NCBI RefSeq assembly: GCF_006345805.1
Contig: NW_021834870.1
Location: forward strand, 1-38,345
Length of the DNA stretch: 38,345 nucleotides
Origin: Octopus sinensis
Taxonomy: Eukaryota
Direction: 5' to 3'
This document shows positions 1 to 9,194 of this stretch, in pieces. Below the pieces are notes generated by a model. The model searched no databases and was not told the DNA's origin. It worked only from the letters and a program-made list of their open reading frames with translations. The first letter of the stretch is position 1, and each line of letters opens with the position of its first letter. Both the position numbers and the translations under genes were made by a program.

Positions 1-1125
1 CGAAGTAAATCGAAAATTTAAAACGATCTACGCCATGCGTATACGATGACTCTTTCGCAAAGAAGTGGAGAACGAAGACAATAAAAAAGAAATCCAACAA
101 TGACAGGTTTCTCATTGACTGTGACCTTCATCTGAATAAAATAAACGACAAAGTCCTGGTATTTTATTGAACATTTTCTTTATTGAAATATGTTTTAGTA
201 ACTTCAGTTTGTTAAATAAACCATTACGTTATCCACTTCCATTCTACGAATCTGTAATTAAGATCGTTCCGCTGACCTCCCTGAATGGGGGGGAGCGAGC
301 CTGTTTTCTCTCGGTAGTTGCTGTGGCGATAGAGATAGAATGGAAGACGAGAGTGAAAGGAATTGCAACAGGCATGTTTATCTCCAGTCTCGAGCTAATC
401 GACTTTTTCGTTTTCCACATGAAACGGGAAAATAAGGCTGGAGAAGAAATGCCTGTCGCAAAGTGTGTTTCGTAAAAGATGGAAGTCTATAGCAAGTATG
501 TTGCGAGTGAAAGAACCTGTTTAATCAAGAATGTGAAAAAGAAGAAAGCAAAGTCTTCAGTGTGAGTCTGTGGTTTGTGGAGTCGACTGCGTCCTCCGCT
601 TCATTTTTTTGTTAATCACTCATTCTCATTTAACTGTATATATTTTAATTGTTTGTTTATTCATACATTTCGTCCCATTCGATACCCTGACCCCAACGTT
701 TGTTTTGTCTGTCCTCGTATCGTCCCCTCTTTTCCTCAAACTTATCTTTATATATAAAAGTGAAGTTGTGTGTCTGTCTACTCCGATTTAGATTCCTAAC
801 TACTCCAACATTTTGCGGTGCAGTTTAACCAAATTCGGGTATCTTATAGTCGTGATTCATATCGAGCCCTTCTGGGTATTAGTGCGCGTCTACGATGAGT
901 CTACGATTTTAAAAATAATTTAACATAATTTTTTTCCATTTTAACGCATATTTTTTTAATAAAGGGAAGTAACTCTCTAAAATGTCTACGATGAGTCAAC
1001 GATTTTAAAAAAAATTTACCATAATTTCTTTTCTATTTTTAATGCATCTTTTGGCTATAACTCTCTAAAAATGCCTTATAGTTATTTCCCTTACAAACCC
1101 GAGTAACGCCGGGCGATACTGCTAG
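1..1125 (+). mobile_element. Non-autonomous Helitron-like element, 3' part (5' end probably outside window)
   Basis: Ends in CCCGAGTAACGCCGGG (CCCG/CGGG hairpin, 1098-1113), 8 nt spacer, CTAG (1122-1125) then T: the canonical Helitron 3' hairpin + CTRR|T. No Rep/helicase ORF seen. Left boundary not defined. Confidence 0.55.
888..1075 (+). repeat. Diverged tandem duplication, period about 96 bp, inside the Helitron-like element
   Basis: GTCTACGATGAGTC(T/A)ACGATTTTAAAAA starts at 888 and 984; both copies are followed by ...AACTCTCTAAAA(A)TG. Confidence 0.8.
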
Positions 1126-1719
1126 TGGTGAATAAGGAAATAGTCTACATATTTAACGCATTTAAACAAACATTATAGAAACTAGAGAACTATAGAACGA
1201 AATCCAAGACATAATCTATTAGACATGCAAGAGTTTATGTTATTCGCTAGTCATTAGGTCGACAAACTTTGGAACAAGATTAAAGACAATAATCTATTAT
1301 ATGGAGAAATTATGATGCAACGAAAAACTCGCGTTAGTTATGTGAAAGACAGTTACTATTTGTCTAACTTCACTAGCATCACACCATACATACATACATA
1401 TATAATGGCTGCCCCCTCGTTATCGAGTATGGCCATTGCACGAAGCTTAACTGTTATTGGTGCTGTGATCGAATGTGGCTTTTATTTGCTTTTTTAGGCT
1501 ACAGCCCGCCATTCAGTTGAGACTCACAGCACCATCAACAATCATGAACAATGTTGTTATCGTGCAATGCCTGTGTAAGAAGATTTTTTTTAAGTGAGGA
1601 AAGGCTGTGCACTGAGTCAATCCCACTCACTAAGCAACAGGAGCCATAATCCGAAAAGAAGAACAAGTCAACATCATCGGTAACCACTGAGCCGCAGATT
1701 TTAGTTTGGAGTTATCCCA

Positions 1720-2053
1720 GTTACCTGAGTTACCTTCTCCTAGAAGGATGCCCTATTAAAGGCTAGGAGTCCTTCACTCCCAATGGTTTAACCGCGCGAT
1801 CGGGTATTCAGTCCAATTATTTCTATGTCCCCGCGCATGATACAGCCCTGAGACATTTATTGGATGGCCGTTGACTCTCAAGAGTTCCTCCGCCCTTTGA
1901 CGGGTTTTGTTTTTCATCCCGTAGGGTGTCCAGTAAACACCCTCCTCACCAAGTAAGCTTGGTGGGGTTGCCGGTTTAGTCGCCGACGGCCCGATCATGC
2001 AACAGGTTGTACTGGGTTACATGTTACCAGTAGCACTCGAAAGTGACCTGACA
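1720..2053 (+). mobile_element. GC-richer, hairpin-dense fragment, possibly the 5' UTR of an RTE-type LINE
   Basis: Consecutive stems: AGGGTGT/ACACCCT (1923-1943), CCTCACCAAG/CTTGGTGGGG (1944-1967), TACTGG/CCAGTA (about 2010-2032). The TTACCTTCTCCTAG motif resembles RTE leaders as I recall them. Family assignment is weak. Confidence 0.3.
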
Positions 2054-2132
2054 TATACACGCATACATACATACATACATACATACGTACACACATACAC
2101 ACATACATACATACATACATACATACATACAT
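2051..2132. repeat. (ACAT)n microsatellite, imperfect
   Basis: Direct reading. Confidence 0.95.
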
Positions 2133-2536
2133 CCTGTTGTAATGTGGGTTTCTCCCACCAGTGTGATGTGTGACTGCCATTGTATGGTAGTTACTGTTTT
2201 ACACTAGTAGCCACAATAGTAACTAGTCATCGGATACCGTTGTATCTCTTACTGGAATAGTAATACAGGAACTACCTCTTGCCATTTTTGTACATTATTA
2301 GGATCTTTTCCTTTTGAAGGCCAGATTTCAACACAATTTCTATTTAACTAAACACTTTAAAACTTCATATACTGGTAGAATGTGTCAAAAGAAAACATTA
2401 TTTTCACTTGGCTTTCTTGATAAATTTGTAATTCGTTTGTTTAACGTAGTTTAATTTTTCGAATTTTAACCAATCCTATGCTCTCTTTTGAGCTAAAATC
2501 ATTTGCTGCGTCTAAAACTGAGACAACATCCTGTCA

Positions 2537-2564
2537 CTAACCCTAACCCTCACCTTAACCCTAA
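2537..2564. repeat. Short interstitial telomere-like (CCCTAA)n motif
   Basis: CTAACCCTAACCCTCACCTTAACCCTAA, about 4.5 degenerate hexamers. Confidence 0.7.
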
Positions 2565-2619
2565 TTTTTTTTTCTTAATTGTTAAATTAATCTAATTGTT
2601 ACGCGTGTAAAAAAAACTA

Positions 2620-2783
2620 AAGCAATGGAAAATAATTTAAACAATTAACATACAAAATAATTCTATAATTTTTATACACACGCTTTCCGTAACACACGCT
2701 TTCCGTATACGTACGGAAAGCGTGTGTATAAAAATTATAGAATTATTTTGTATGTTAATTGTTTAAATTATTTTCCATTGCTT
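2620..2783. repeat. Long perfect inverted repeat: 72-bp arms with a 20-bp spacer
   Basis: 2620-2691 is the reverse complement of 2712-2783. The spacer (2692-2711) is a direct copy of the last 16 nt of the left arm plus TACG. Confidence 0.95.
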
Positions 2784-2920
2784 AGATGACGCTTCCACGA
2801 GAGATTTTGAGCTCTCATAACGAGGCGAGTGTAGGTTCCATCCAACCGCCTCTCAAGCTTCTTCGACAACGTCCAGGTTTCTGAGCCATATAGTAGAAGT
2901 GGTTCGACTGTGGCTTGAAA
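2784..2920 (-). pseudogene. RTE-clade LINE ORF2 fragment (region C-terminal to RT)
   Basis: Translates FQATVEPLLLYGSETWTLSKKLERRLDGTYTRLVMRAQNLSWKRH, matching the LLYGSETW...SW..H motif of RTE LINEs. Truncated at both ends. Confidence 0.85.
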
Positions 2921-3062
2921 GGAACAGGGTTTCAAGACGTCGATGAAATCCAAGGAAATGCGACGAGGCAGCCGCTCGCTATTCCCAAAATGGAGATGCA
3001 GGAATGGTCCCATCAAGGGAAACGACGCTGGATAAAGTGTGTGTCTGCGAAAGAGACTAAAT

Positions 3063-5203
3063 GACGAGCTGGCGGAATCGTTAGCACGCCGGGCGAAATG
3101 CTTAGTGGTAGCTCGTCCGCCGCTACGTTCTGAGTTCAAATTCCGCCGAGGTCAACTTTGCCTTTCATCCTTTCGGGGTCGATTAAATAAGTACCAGTTA
3201 CGCAGTTACTGACTAAACTCTTGTGGGTAGTAAAGAAATAGGTATTTCGTCTGCCGTTACGTTCTGAGTTCAAATTCCGCCGAGGCCGACTTTGCCTTTC
3301 ATCCTTTAGGGGTCGATTAAATAAGTACCAGTTACGCAGTTACTGACTAAACTATTGTGGGTAGTAAAGAAATAGGTATTTCGTCTGCCGTTACGTTCTG
3401 AGTTCAAATTCCGCCGAGGACGACTTTGCCTTTCATCCTTTCGGGGTCGATTAAATAAGTACCAGTTACGCACTGGAGTCGATATAATCGACTTAATCCG
3501 TTTGTCTGTCCTTGTTTGTCCTCTCTGTGTTTAGCCCCTTGTGGGTAGTAAAGAAATAGGTATTTCATCTGCCGTTACGTTCTGAGTTCAAATTCTGCCG
3601 AGGTCAACTTTGCCTTTCATCCTTTCGGGGTCGATTAAATAAGTACCAGTTACGCACTGGAGTCGATATAATCGACTTAATCCGTTTGTCTGTCCTTGTT
3701 TGTCCTCTCTATGTTTAGCCCCTTGTGGGTAGTAAAGAAATAAATATTTCGTCTGCCGTTACGTTCTCAGTTCAAATTCTGCCGAGGTCAACTTCGCCTT
3801 TCATCCTTTCGGGGTCGATTAAATAAGTACCAGTTACGCACTGGAGTCGATATAATCGACTTAATCCGTTTGTCTGTCCTTGTTTGTCCCGTCTGTGTTT
3901 AGCCCCTTGTGGGTAGTAAAGAAATAGGTATTTCGTCTGCCGTTACGTTCTGAGTTCAAATTCTGCCGAGGTCAACTTTGCCTTTCATCCTTTCGGGGTC
4001 GATTAAATAAGTACCAGTTACGCACTGGAGTCGATATAGTCGACTTAATCCGTTTGTCTGTCCTTGTTGTCCTCTCTGTGTTAGCCCCTTGTGGGTAGTA
4101 AAGAAATAGGTATTTCGTCTGCCATTACGTTCTGAGTTCAAATTCTGCGAGGTCAACTTTGCCTTTCATCCTTTCGGGGTCGATTAAATAAGTACAGTTA
4201 CGCACTGGAGTCGATATAGTCGACTTAATCCGTTGTCTGTCCTTGTTTGTCCTCTCTGTGTTTAGCCCCTTGTGGGTAGTAAAGAAATAGGTATTTCGTC
4301 TGCCGTTACGTTCTCAGTTCAAATTCTGCCGAGGTCAACTTTGCCTTTCATCCTTTAGGGGTCGATTAAATAAGTACCAGTTACGCACTGGAGTCGATAT
4401 AGTCGATTAATCCGTTTGTCTGTCTTGTTTGTCCTCTCTGTGTTTAGCCCCTTGTGGGTAGTAAAGAAATAGGTATTTCGTCTGCCATTACGTTCTGAGT
4501 TCAAATTCTGCCGAGGTCAACTTTGCCTTTCATCCTTTCGGGGTCGATTAAATAAGTACCAGTACGCACTGGAGTCGATATAGTCGACTTAATCCGTTTG
4601 TCTGTCCTTGTTGTCCTCTCTGTGTTTAGCCCCTTGTGGGTAGTAAAGAAATAGGTATTTGTCTGCCGTTACGTTCTGAGTTCAAATTCTGCCGAGGTCA
4701 ACTTTGCCTTTCATCCTTTCGGGGTCGATTAAATAAGTACCAGTTACGCACTGGAGTCGATATAGTCGACTTAATCCGTTTGTCTGTCCTTGTTTGTCCT
4801 CTCTGTGTTTAGCCCCTTGTGGGTAGTAAAGAAATAGGTATTTCGTCTGCCATTACGTTCTGAGTTCAAATTCTGCCGAGGTCAACTTTGCCTTTCATCC
4901 TTTCGGGGTCGATTAAATAAGTACCAGTTACGCACTGGAGTCGATATAGTCGACTTAATCCGTTTGTCTGTCCTTGTTTGTCCTCTCTGTGTTTAGCCCC
5001 TTGTGGGTAGTAAAGAAATAGGTATTTCGTCTGCCGTTACGTTCTCAGTTCAAATTCTGCCGAGGTCAACTTTGCCTTTCATCCTTTCGGGGTCGATTAA
5101 ATAAGTACCAGTTACGCACTGGAGTCGATATAATCGACTTAATCCGTTTGTCTGTCCTTGTTTGTCCTCTCTGTGTTTAGCCCCTTGTGGGCAATAAGGA
5201 AAT
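3063..5203 (+). mobile_element. Head-to-tail tandem array of a tRNA-derived SINE (12 copies, unit about 184 bp)
   Basis: Copy 1 has an A-box-like TGGCGGAATCG (3070-3080) and B-box-like GAGTTCAAATTCC (3132-3144). Later copies start at GGTATTTCG (3241, 3375, 3559, 3743, 3927, 4109, 4290, 4472, 4654, 4837, 5021) and end in ...GTGGGTAGTAAAGAAATA. Copies 1-2 carry a shortened body. Confidence 0.85.
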
Positions 5204-5657
5204 CGGTTTACTATGTCGTTTGTTACAATCTATTTATAAACAACCTGGTGCTGTGAATAACTTAATGCCCCGCCCAGCCTGAACACTGATCGGTCAAGGA
5301 TATACACTGCACACAAAAGAGAGGTCTTGACCACGTGTAATATAATACGTTTTTCTGTCAAATATAACGAGCATGCCTCATGATCATGGATTGCGTACGC
5401 TTACAAACTTGCAAGACTTTACTGACCTATTTAAAGAACTTAAGTAATTATCATTGTATATGTGAAAACAAAGACTAGACACCCACGCACATGCAATGGT
5501 CTTACGGGAGGGTTATGCACCCGCCGATACTTGGTGGGAACTAGAAAATTTTCAAGGATTAAAAATAGACGCATCGTGAATGTTTTCTTTAGCTGTGCAC
5601 ATTTAACGTAAAAATTTGATTTTAGTAGTTAGGGTCACACCTGAGACAGGGGCAAGA

Positions 5658-6025
5658 TGCTCAAGTAAGGATAACCCATCTCGCCACTGAACGACCACTG
5701 TAATACGAAGGACGTCGTACACGAGGTAAAGGTAACAGCAATAGGATTAAATAGACAACCAAACGTGCAAAAGTACATTGGAGCAACTGAAGGCCCCTTC
5801 AGACCCGGCTATAACAACCACAAGTCTTTCCGCATCTAGGAGAGATGTAATTCCACAACCCTGGCCAAGCACGTATGGTCGTTGAAAGACAGCGTCACCA
5901 AGAATAACATAAAGTGGAGGATTCTAGAGAAATGTAAAGCGTACTTCAATAGCAGCAGAAAGTGCAGATTATGTCTGGCTGAGAAAGGATCGATATTAAA
6001 GAGATCCCGGCCGCTGTGCTTCTGA
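5658..6025 (+). pseudogene. Penelope-like element GIY-YIG endonuclease relic (Neptune-like)
   Basis: Frame 5684-6025 reads PLNDHCNTKDVVHEVKVT...QKYIGATEGPFRPGYNNHKSFRI*ERCNSTTLAKHVWSLKD...IKWRILEKCKAYFNSSRKCRLCLAEK. VVH(Y) at 5714-5722, YIG at 5774-5782, C-terminal CxxC, one in-frame TAG at 5837-5839. Confidence 0.85.
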
Positions 6026-6125
6026 CGTCCATACTTTATGATGTGTGCCGCTGAAACCCATACTTTATGATATGTGCCGCTGATGTGCATACTTTATGAA
6101 ATGTGCCGCTGACGTCCATATTTTA
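6022..6125 (+). repeat. 29-bp minisatellite, about 3.5 copies
   Basis: CTGAnnnnCATACTTTATGAnnTGTGCCG units start at 6022, 6051, 6080, 6109. Confidence 0.9.
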
Positions 6126-6280
6126 GCTGTTATTGCTATTATTATTGTAATTGTTGTTATTGAATTTACGTCGCCCAGGAGTTATTTCTTTTCCCTTCTC
6201 TCTTCTCTTTATGTGTGCGGTTGTTGCGAATATTTGTGTGCGGCTTATATTTACGGTGGTGATCCTCCCTGCATCGACCT

Positions 6281-6294
6281 TCTATCTATCTATC

Positions 6295-6358
<64 letters not shown>

Positions 6359-6387
6359 CATCCATACATCCATCCATCCATCCATCC

Positions 6388-6442
<55 letters not shown>

Positions 6443-6490
6443 CATCCATCCATCCATCATCCATCCATCCATCCATCCAACCATCCATCC

Positions 6491-6558
<68 letters not shown>

Positions 6559-6664
6559 GTCTGTCTGTCTGTCTGTCTGCCTATCTATCTGTCTACCTGT
6601 ATGTCTGTCTCTCTACCTGTCTGTCTATCTATCTGTCCGACCGTCTGTCTATCTGTCTGTCTGT
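6281..6664. repeat. Compound microsatellite (TCTA)n/(TCCA)n/(TCTG)n
   Basis: Direct reading; source of the spurious IYLS/IHPS ORFs. Confidence 0.97.
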
Positions 6665-6790
6665 CTTTTTTTTTGTCTTACCCTCCCTTTTGATCAGAAT
6701 TTTATTTTTCTCTTTTTTTTCCCGAAAAGAAAAGCTCTACATTGTATTTTGTCCCCTCTGTGTTCCGCCCTGTGTGGCTAATAAAGAAAG
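6665..6790 (+). mobile_element. Probable LINE 3' terminal fragment (T-rich 3' UTR, AATAAA, A-rich end)
   Basis: T-rich tract ending TTTGTCCCCTCTGTGTTCCGCCCTGTGTGGCTAATAAAGAAA, with AATAAA at 6780-6785. 35/42 identical to the tail of the SINE in the 3063-5203 array. Confidence 0.5.
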
Positions 6791-6806
6791 ATATCTATAT
6801 ATCTAG

Positions 6807-6848
<42 letters not shown>

Positions 6849-6987
6849 CTATCTGTCTTTCTGTCTGTCTAGCTAGCCACACACTCATATACACACACAC
6901 ACACACACACACACATCCATCCATCCATCCTTCCATCCATCCATACATACATACATGCATACATACATACATACATACATACATACA

Positions 6988-7023
<36 letters not shown>

Positions 7024-7030
7024 TACATAC
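6791..7030. repeat. Compound microsatellite (TC)n,(TCTA)n,(AC)n,(TCCA)n,(TACA)n
   Basis: Direct reading. Confidence 0.95.
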
Positions 7031-7414
7031 CTATATGCTTTCGTTTGCACGCACTCGAGTGCGCACGCATACACATTTTTTAAAATTAGTAACTCCAAGT
7101 TTCACGCTATCTATATTCGTATTCGTATCATCATTACGATTCATTTCCGCTACAAAAACAAATGCGTGGGAGATATCTCATAGATGTCTATATAACATTA
7201 ATAAATGAACATATCTCTTTACTGTAGATATCGTACAGCAAAGAGATATTAGCAAGAGAAATACCCCCATACGAAATATCCACATATGGGATATCCATAG
7301 ACGAGATAATTAGAGATGAAATATCCAAAAATGAGGTATTCAGAGAAGAGCTATCCAAAGATTTCATAATTACATATGTATTACAGTTCTATATTGAAGA
7401 AATAAGGAATTATG

Positions 7415-7488
7415 AACATTATTTACATTTGACGGATATTTATCCTCATCTTGTTTATTCTTAACACAACGTTTCGGCTGATATACCC
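7415..7488 (-). mobile_element. Penelope-like pseudo-LTR fragment with a half hammerhead (CGAAAC), cut off next to a SINE
   Basis: Minus strand reads GGTATATCAGCCGAAACGTTGTGTTAAGAATAAACAAGATGAGG; CGAAAC at 7476-7471 followed by AATAAA. The CUGANGA half is missing. Confidence 0.4.
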
Positions 7489-7493
7489 CCAAA

Positions 7494-7817
7494 GAGGCAC
7501 AATGGCCCAGTGGTTAGGGCAGCGGACTCGCGGTCGTAGGATCGCGGTTTCGATTCCCAGACCGGGCGTTGTGAGTGTTTATTGAGCGAAAACACCTAAA
7601 GCTCCACGAGGCTCCGGCAGGGATGGTGGTGACCCCTGCTGTACTCTTTCACCACAACTTTCTCTCACTCTTACTTCCTGTACTGTTGTACCTGTATTTC
7701 AAAGGGCCGGCCTTGTCACTCTCTGTGTCACGCTGAATATCCCCGAGAACTACGTTAAGGGTACACGTGTCTGTGGAGTGCTCAGTCACTTACACGTTAA
7801 TTTCACGAGCAGGCTGT
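7494..7817 (+). mobile_element. tRNA-derived SINE
   Basis: tRNA-like head with A-box TGGCCCAGTGG (7503-7513) and B-box GGTTTCGATTCC (7546-7557), non-tRNA body, and a microsatellite immediately 3'. Confidence 0.85.
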
Positions 7818-7820
7818 GAA

Positions 7821-7839
7821 ATACATACATACATACATG

Positions 7840-7918
<79 letters not shown>
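7821..7918. repeat. (TACA)n then (TA)n microsatellite
   Basis: Direct reading. Confidence 0.97.
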
Positions 7919-7921
<3 letters not shown>

Positions 7922-8133
7922 ATTATCTATAGACGTTACAATTGTTTCGACACATTTTTACACTTGATCATTGGTGAGATGTTGTGTAATCATTATCACC
8001 AATTCGAGGTGTGAAATGCACCTTCTTTGAGTAAGACTTTATACGAGCTTTATATAGCATTCCACAAGGGTTTTACCCGTATATTTACTCGCGTATGTGT
8101 GTATATGTATAAAAGCGGAGCAAGAGTGCACAT

Positions 8134-8221
8134 GAAGACGGAAAGTGTCGCTGAAGAGTTCACACGAAGACGGAAAGTGTCGCTGAAGAGTTCACAGAGG
8201 TGTGACGAAAGATTTCCGGAC
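8134..8221 (+). ncRNA. Degenerate hammerhead-like motif with a 32-bp tandem duplication
   Basis: 32-bp unit at 8134 and 8166. CTGAAGA (8183-8189), stem II GT(T)CACA/TGTGAC with GAGG loop, GAAA (8207-8210). Stem III and stem I are weak. Confidence 0.45.
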
Positions 8222-8580
8222 GATAAACATAAATTAGAATAAGAACGGTAATAAATGAGTGAAAAGGGAATTATATAGTGCGTCTGTTTATTTGGCAAAA
8301 AGAGTTTAAAAAATACAACAATATCTGTTTCAACGCACGGTTTAACATCAAGAATCTTGCAGCACATATATATATATAAAAGGATATATTTACAGAAAAC
8401 AACAAAAGACGAAGACAGGTGCAGGAATAACAAGCAGGTGCATTAGTTTGACTGAATATATATATAAAATATTAGGGAATAAATCCAAACTTACAGGGAA
8501 AAATCAGATTTAGGATTAAATCCAATTTTATAGTAAAATATTATTATTTGATTAAACCTTGCTAAGTTAAATATTTAAAT

Positions 8581-8643
8581 CACCTGAAGAATGACTGTAA
8601 CTCGAAATTTTAAGAATTGGACAGCCATGAAACGATTGTAGTG
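8581..8643 (+). ncRNA. Type I minimal hammerhead ribozyme motif
   Basis: Stem I CAC(8581-83)/GTG(8641-43); CTGAAGA 8584-8590; stem II ATGACTGT/ACAGCCAT (7 of 8 pairs); GAAA 8629-8632; stem III AC-GATT-GT; cleavage triplet GUA, cut after 8640. Confidence 0.75.
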
Positions 8644-8790
8644 TTATACTAATTATCTTTTTTTAATAATTTTGATATATATTTAAATATATAAATAAAT
8701 TAATAATCTTATGTATTGGCTTAAGTTTTCATTGTATGATTTGCCTTATAGTGGTTTTATCTCTAATTTAATATAATAATATATATATAT

Positions 8791-8975
8791 AAATTAGAAA
8801 AAAAACACCTTTTATCAATTCATGATATATACGATTTATTTATTATTTTGACACATTACTTAATCATCGGTATATATTGTGTATTTATATTTAATATTTC
8901 TATTATATGTAATTTTCTAGATGGTGTAATTTAATTGTTCATTTTGAATTGATAAAAGGTGTTTTTTTCTAATTT
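8791..8975. repeat. AT-rich element with about 31-bp terminal inverted repeats, flanked by (TA)n
   Basis: AAATTAGAAAAAAAACACCTTTTATCAATTCA (8791-8822) vs TGAATTGATAAAAGGTGTTTTTTTCTAATTT (8945-8975); they differ only in A/T run length. Confidence 0.85.
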
Positions 8976-9068
8976 TATATATATATATATATATTATATT
9001 TCGTGAAATTTGATTTAGTATTTCTAAATTGAATTTTTCCCTGTAAGTTATGTATAATATTCCCTCAA

Positions 9069-9194
<126 letters not shown>

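Noticed and set aside
167-791. Short ORFs (102, 73, 60 aa)
   Set aside because: Non-ATG starts, no recognisable domain, located within a probable non-autonomous element.
1860-1970. HDV-like ribozyme at TCCTCCG or TCCTCAC
   Set aside because: The flanking bases do not form P3, and no P1/P2 nesting could be fitted.
2537-2564. True telomere or chromosome-fusion site
   Set aside because: Only about 4.5 degenerate hexamers embedded in other repeat sequence; no head-to-head array.
2921-3062. Short + strand frame GTGFQDVDEIQ... as a further RTE piece
   Set aside because: Too short and degenerate to assign; left unannotated.
6096-7098. ORFs of 236, 180, 85 and 63 aa
   Set aside because: Translations of (TCTA)n/(TCCA)n/(TACA)n microsatellites, which lack stops.
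7494-7575. tRNA gene
   Set aside because: A and B boxes are present, but there is no clean acceptor stem or T-run terminator and the sequence continues into a SINE body.
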